Below the pieces are notes generated by a model that saw only the letters and a list, made by a program, of their open reading frames with translations, was not told the origin of the DNA and searched no databases. Positions 61,733 through 64,000 of a stretch of DNA of 64,000 nucleotides are shown one piece after another. Source of the DNA: Gammaproteobacteria bacterium (GTDB lineage: Bacteria > Pseudomonadota > Gammaproteobacteria > Arenicellales > Poriferihabitantaceae); contig JAUVBY010000001.1 in NCBI GenBank assembly GCA_030590945.1, forward strand, positions 167 to 64,166, in the 5' to 3' direction. Position 1 is the stretch's first letter; each line of letters opens with the position of its first letter. The translations under genes were made by a program, and so were the position numbers.

Positions 61733-63868
61733 ATGTTTGAACGAATTCGGCAAATTGTCAGTGACAAAATTCCATCTGAGGTGTCCTCGGAGTTGGAGCA
61801 GGCGCTGCTGCGTACTGCGCTCGGCACACTAGTCGTGATCTTTTTGCTTGCAACAAATGTACTAAGTGGGTTGCAGCTAAGCCTTATGTTGCCCGCTTAC
61901 CTGGGTGCCATTTACGCATTCCCGGTGCTGGTCATACAGCAGGGGTTTTCCAATATTATACGCAGAGTGCTGGGTATTTTGCTCGATATTGGTATGATCT
62001 CTCTGGCCATTCATCTGGCCGGGGAGCAGGGCGCACCGCTGTTGTTTTTGTATTTATGGATTACCATCGGTAACGGTTTTCGCTACGGCATACCATATTT
62101 ACTCGCCGCCATGGCCGTCAGTGTCCTCTGTTTTGCACTGGTAATATCCGGCAGTGATTACTGGCAGGAGCACATCATGGTTAGCATCGGCGTTCTGCTC
62201 GCTATGGTGGTTACGCCTCTGTACGCTGCGGGCCTGATAAGCCGGCTTGAAGAGGCCCGGGCTAAAGCGGAATCTGCTAACCAGGCGAAGAGTAATTTTG
62301 TCGCCAACATGAGTCACGAAATTCGCACGCCGCTCAATGGTGTCATCGGCTTGAGTGATTTGCTTGCGCAGACCAGCCTGAACAAGACACAGACTGAAAT
62401 GGTTGAAACCATTCAAAGTTCAGCACATTCGTTATTGTTCCTGGTCAACGACATCCTGGATTTTTCCAAAATTGAAGCCGGAGAATTCGAATCACACGCC
62501 AAGGAGTTTGATCTGCACGGCGTCGTCAATGCAACCGTGCGCATGTTGAGCCCACAGGCTGAATCAAAAGGTGTTTCACTTACCGCCGATATCGATTCCG
62601 GTATCCCGGACTATGTGATGGGCGATGATCAGCATATCAGGCAGGTGCTGATCAATCTGGTTGGCAATGCGGTTAAATTTACCGAAAAGGGCGAAATAGA
62701 CGTTCGTGTAACACTGGGCGAAGAACGTGAACGGAATTTGTCGGTTCGTTTTGAGATTATAGATACCGGGGTCGGTATCCCTTATGAAGATCAGGGGCGA
62801 ATTTTCGAAAGCTTCCAGCAGGCGGATAACTCCGAAGCTCGTAAGCATGATGGTACAGGTTTGGGTGTAACCATCAGCCGTGAATTGATACGAATTATGG
62901 GAGGTGACTTGCGGCTGCAAAGTACCCCCGGACAGGGCTCGCGTTTCTGGTTTACGCTGAATCTTCAGTTATGTGAAGAGGAAGAAATCCTGCTTCCGGA
63001 AGAGACTGCCGCTTCATTAAATAACACCATCATACCATTTGTCCGCCCGGGTGTTACTGCCACGGCCGACAACACAAACCTGGAAATACTGGTAGCAGAA
63101 GATAACGTCGTCAATCGAAAAGTTATCACCATGATTCTTGAAAATGCAGGGTTTAAGGTTCACACGGTTAATGATGGTGCCCAGGCGCTCGATGCGCTTG
63201 ACGATAATCGATATGACCTGGTCATTGTCGACATGCAAATGCCAATTATGGGTGGTATTGAAGCAATGAAAATGTACCGCATGGGGAATCCGCAGCATGT
63301 CAATACGATTCCTTTTCTTGTCTTGACGGCCAACGCGACCACCGACGCCCGGAAAATGTGTCTTGAAGCCGGTGCCGATGCATTTTTGACCAAACCGGTC
63401 GATTCAGGACGTTTGTTGCATTATGTGACAGCGTTGACCGGGATTGAGGAAGAATACAAGCAGGTGCGCAAGAGGGAAAATGAATCCCGCTCAAAGGTAT
63501 TTGACCCGGAGATTTTGCTCGAGCTTAAGATGATTCGAGAAACTGCGGGCGCATTGGAGGACATGATTGAAATTTTCCAGAGCAGCGCCAGCGAGCTTCG
63601 ACAATCAATGGCGGACGACCTGGCGAGTAATAACATCCAGTTGTTTAAGGATCATGCGCATGCAATGAAAGGTAGTGCGGCGAATGTGGGGGCCAACCGA
63701 ATTGCGGATGCCTGCCACCAGGCAAAAGCGCTGCTGCCGGGAAGCCTGCAATCTTCGGGGCGTGAACTGCTGGCCGTTCTAGCTAATGAATTCAGTCAAT
63801 TTGATAAAACGTTCGCCTCATTTTCCGCCGAACGGAATAACGACAGTAGCAATACAACGGATATTTAA
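61733..63868 (+). CDS. rpfC: RpfC-like hybrid sensor histidine kinase (TM sensor-HisKA-HATPase-REC-HPt)
   Basis: 711 aa. An N-terminal ..[12 protein letters not shown].. segment is followed by about 5 TM helices. The H-box is [14 protein letters not shown], and N/G boxes are present. The receiver contains [14 protein letters not shown] and the HPt contains [12 protein letters not shown]. Confidence 0.75.
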   Translation: MFERIRQIVSDKIPSEVSSELEQALLRTALGTLVVIFLLATNVLSGLQLSLMLPAYLGAIYAFPVLVIQQGFSNIIRRVLGILLDIGMISLAIHLAGEQGAPLLFLYLWITIGNGFRYGIPYLLAAMAVSVLCFALVISGSDYWQEHIMVSIGVLLAMVVTPLYAAGLISRLEEARAKAESANQAKSNFVANMSHEIRTPLNGVIGLSDLLAQTSLNKTQTEMVETIQSSAHSLLFLVNDILDFSKIEAGEFESHAKEFDLHGVVNATVRMLSPQAESKGVSLTADIDSGIPDYVMGDDQHIRQVLINLVGNAVKFTEKGEIDVRVTLGEERERNLSVRFEIIDTGVGIPYEDQGRIFESFQQADNSEARKHDGTGLGVTISRELIRIMGGDLRLQSTPGQGSRFWFTLNLQLCEEEEILLPEETAASLNNTIIPFVRPGVTATADNTNLEILVAEDNVVNRKVITMILENAGFKVHTVNDGAQALDALDDNRYDLVIVDMQMPIMGGIEAMKMYRMGNPQHVNTIPFLVLTANATTDARKMCLEAGADAFLTKPVDSGRLLHYVTALTGIEEEYKQVRKRENESRSKVFDPEILLELKMIRETAGALEDMIEIFQSSASELRQSMADDLASNNIQLFKDHAHAMKGSAANVGANRIADACHQAKALLPGSLQSSGRELLAVLANEFSQFDKTFASFSAERNNDSSNTTDI

Positions 63869-63917
63869 GTTTTGATTGTGGTGGTATTTAACCGGGGCAT
63901 TGCTTCGTGGTAAGGCT

Positions 63918-64000
63918 ATGAAAAAACTTGAAGTCACCTTACTCAAACCTTCGAAATACCGACTTGACGGTATGCTGGAACGTTTCGAATCGGGCTTTAT
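63918..64000 (+). CDS. 5' end of an unidentified ORF running off the window
   Basis: The ATG at 63918 opens a frame to the window edge (MKKLEVTLLKPSKYRLDGMLERFESGF). It is too short to assign. Confidence 0.3.
   Translation, partial: MKKLEVTLLKPSKYRLDGMLERFESGF

Overview
This is a 64-kb, densely coding chromosomal segment. Gene content looks gammaproteobacterial, probably a marine sulfur/C1/osmolyte utiliser, but the taxon is inference only. I could see no rRNA, tRNA, CRISPR array or transposase gene by eye.

Blocks, in order:
1. 0.1-8.7 kb, housekeeping and envelope genes: AEP/Fe3+-type binding protein plus LysR, EamA, Nudix, TPR protein, argG, two outer-membrane barrel proteins, and a Kdo/WaaP-like kinase.
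2. 8.8-12.7 kb: a DMGDH/sarcosine-dehydrogenase-family oxidase divergent from ald.
3. 12.7-21.8 kb: GntR, tctABC, an acylating aldehyde dehydrogenase, an acyl-CoA ligase and xsc. I predict this is a sulfoacetate -> sulfoacetaldehyde -> acetyl-phosphate route with a TTT importer.
4. 21.9-27.2 kb, a small accessory islet: relBE-type toxin-antitoxin pair, secreted proteins, a palindromic MITE-like element, two PEGA-like lipoproteins, and two MBL-fold proteins (one a periplasmic rhodanese fusion).
5. 27.3-42.2 kb, a choline/quaternary-amine catabolic island: TAXI-TRAP transporter, betB, betA, a 5'-truncated GbdR-like regulator, a non-pyrrolysine MttB-family methyltransferase translationally coupled to a second DMGDH-like oxidase, a MocR regulator, and a URO-D-like methyltransferase/corrinoid-domain fusion.
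6. 42.4-45.7 kb: pirin, yqjG, doxX and a LysR regulator.
7. 45.7-58.7 kb: an Isp-type (group 1e-like) [NiFe] hydrogenase, hynS-isp1-isp2-orf154-hynL, with protease, hupH and hypCABDFE.
8. 58.8-63.9 kb: an RpfF-like crotonase, a dedicated ACP and ketosynthase, and an RpfC-like hybrid kinase.

Most notable observations:
- the candidate B12-dependent betaine demethylation module;
- the DSF-like locus with its own ACP and KS;
- a roughly 230-bp highly structured repeat present twice, once inside the hyp operon;
- three kinds of small repeat elements colonising operon spacers;
- several gene remnants (DeoR, LysE, GbdR-like, HupE-like).
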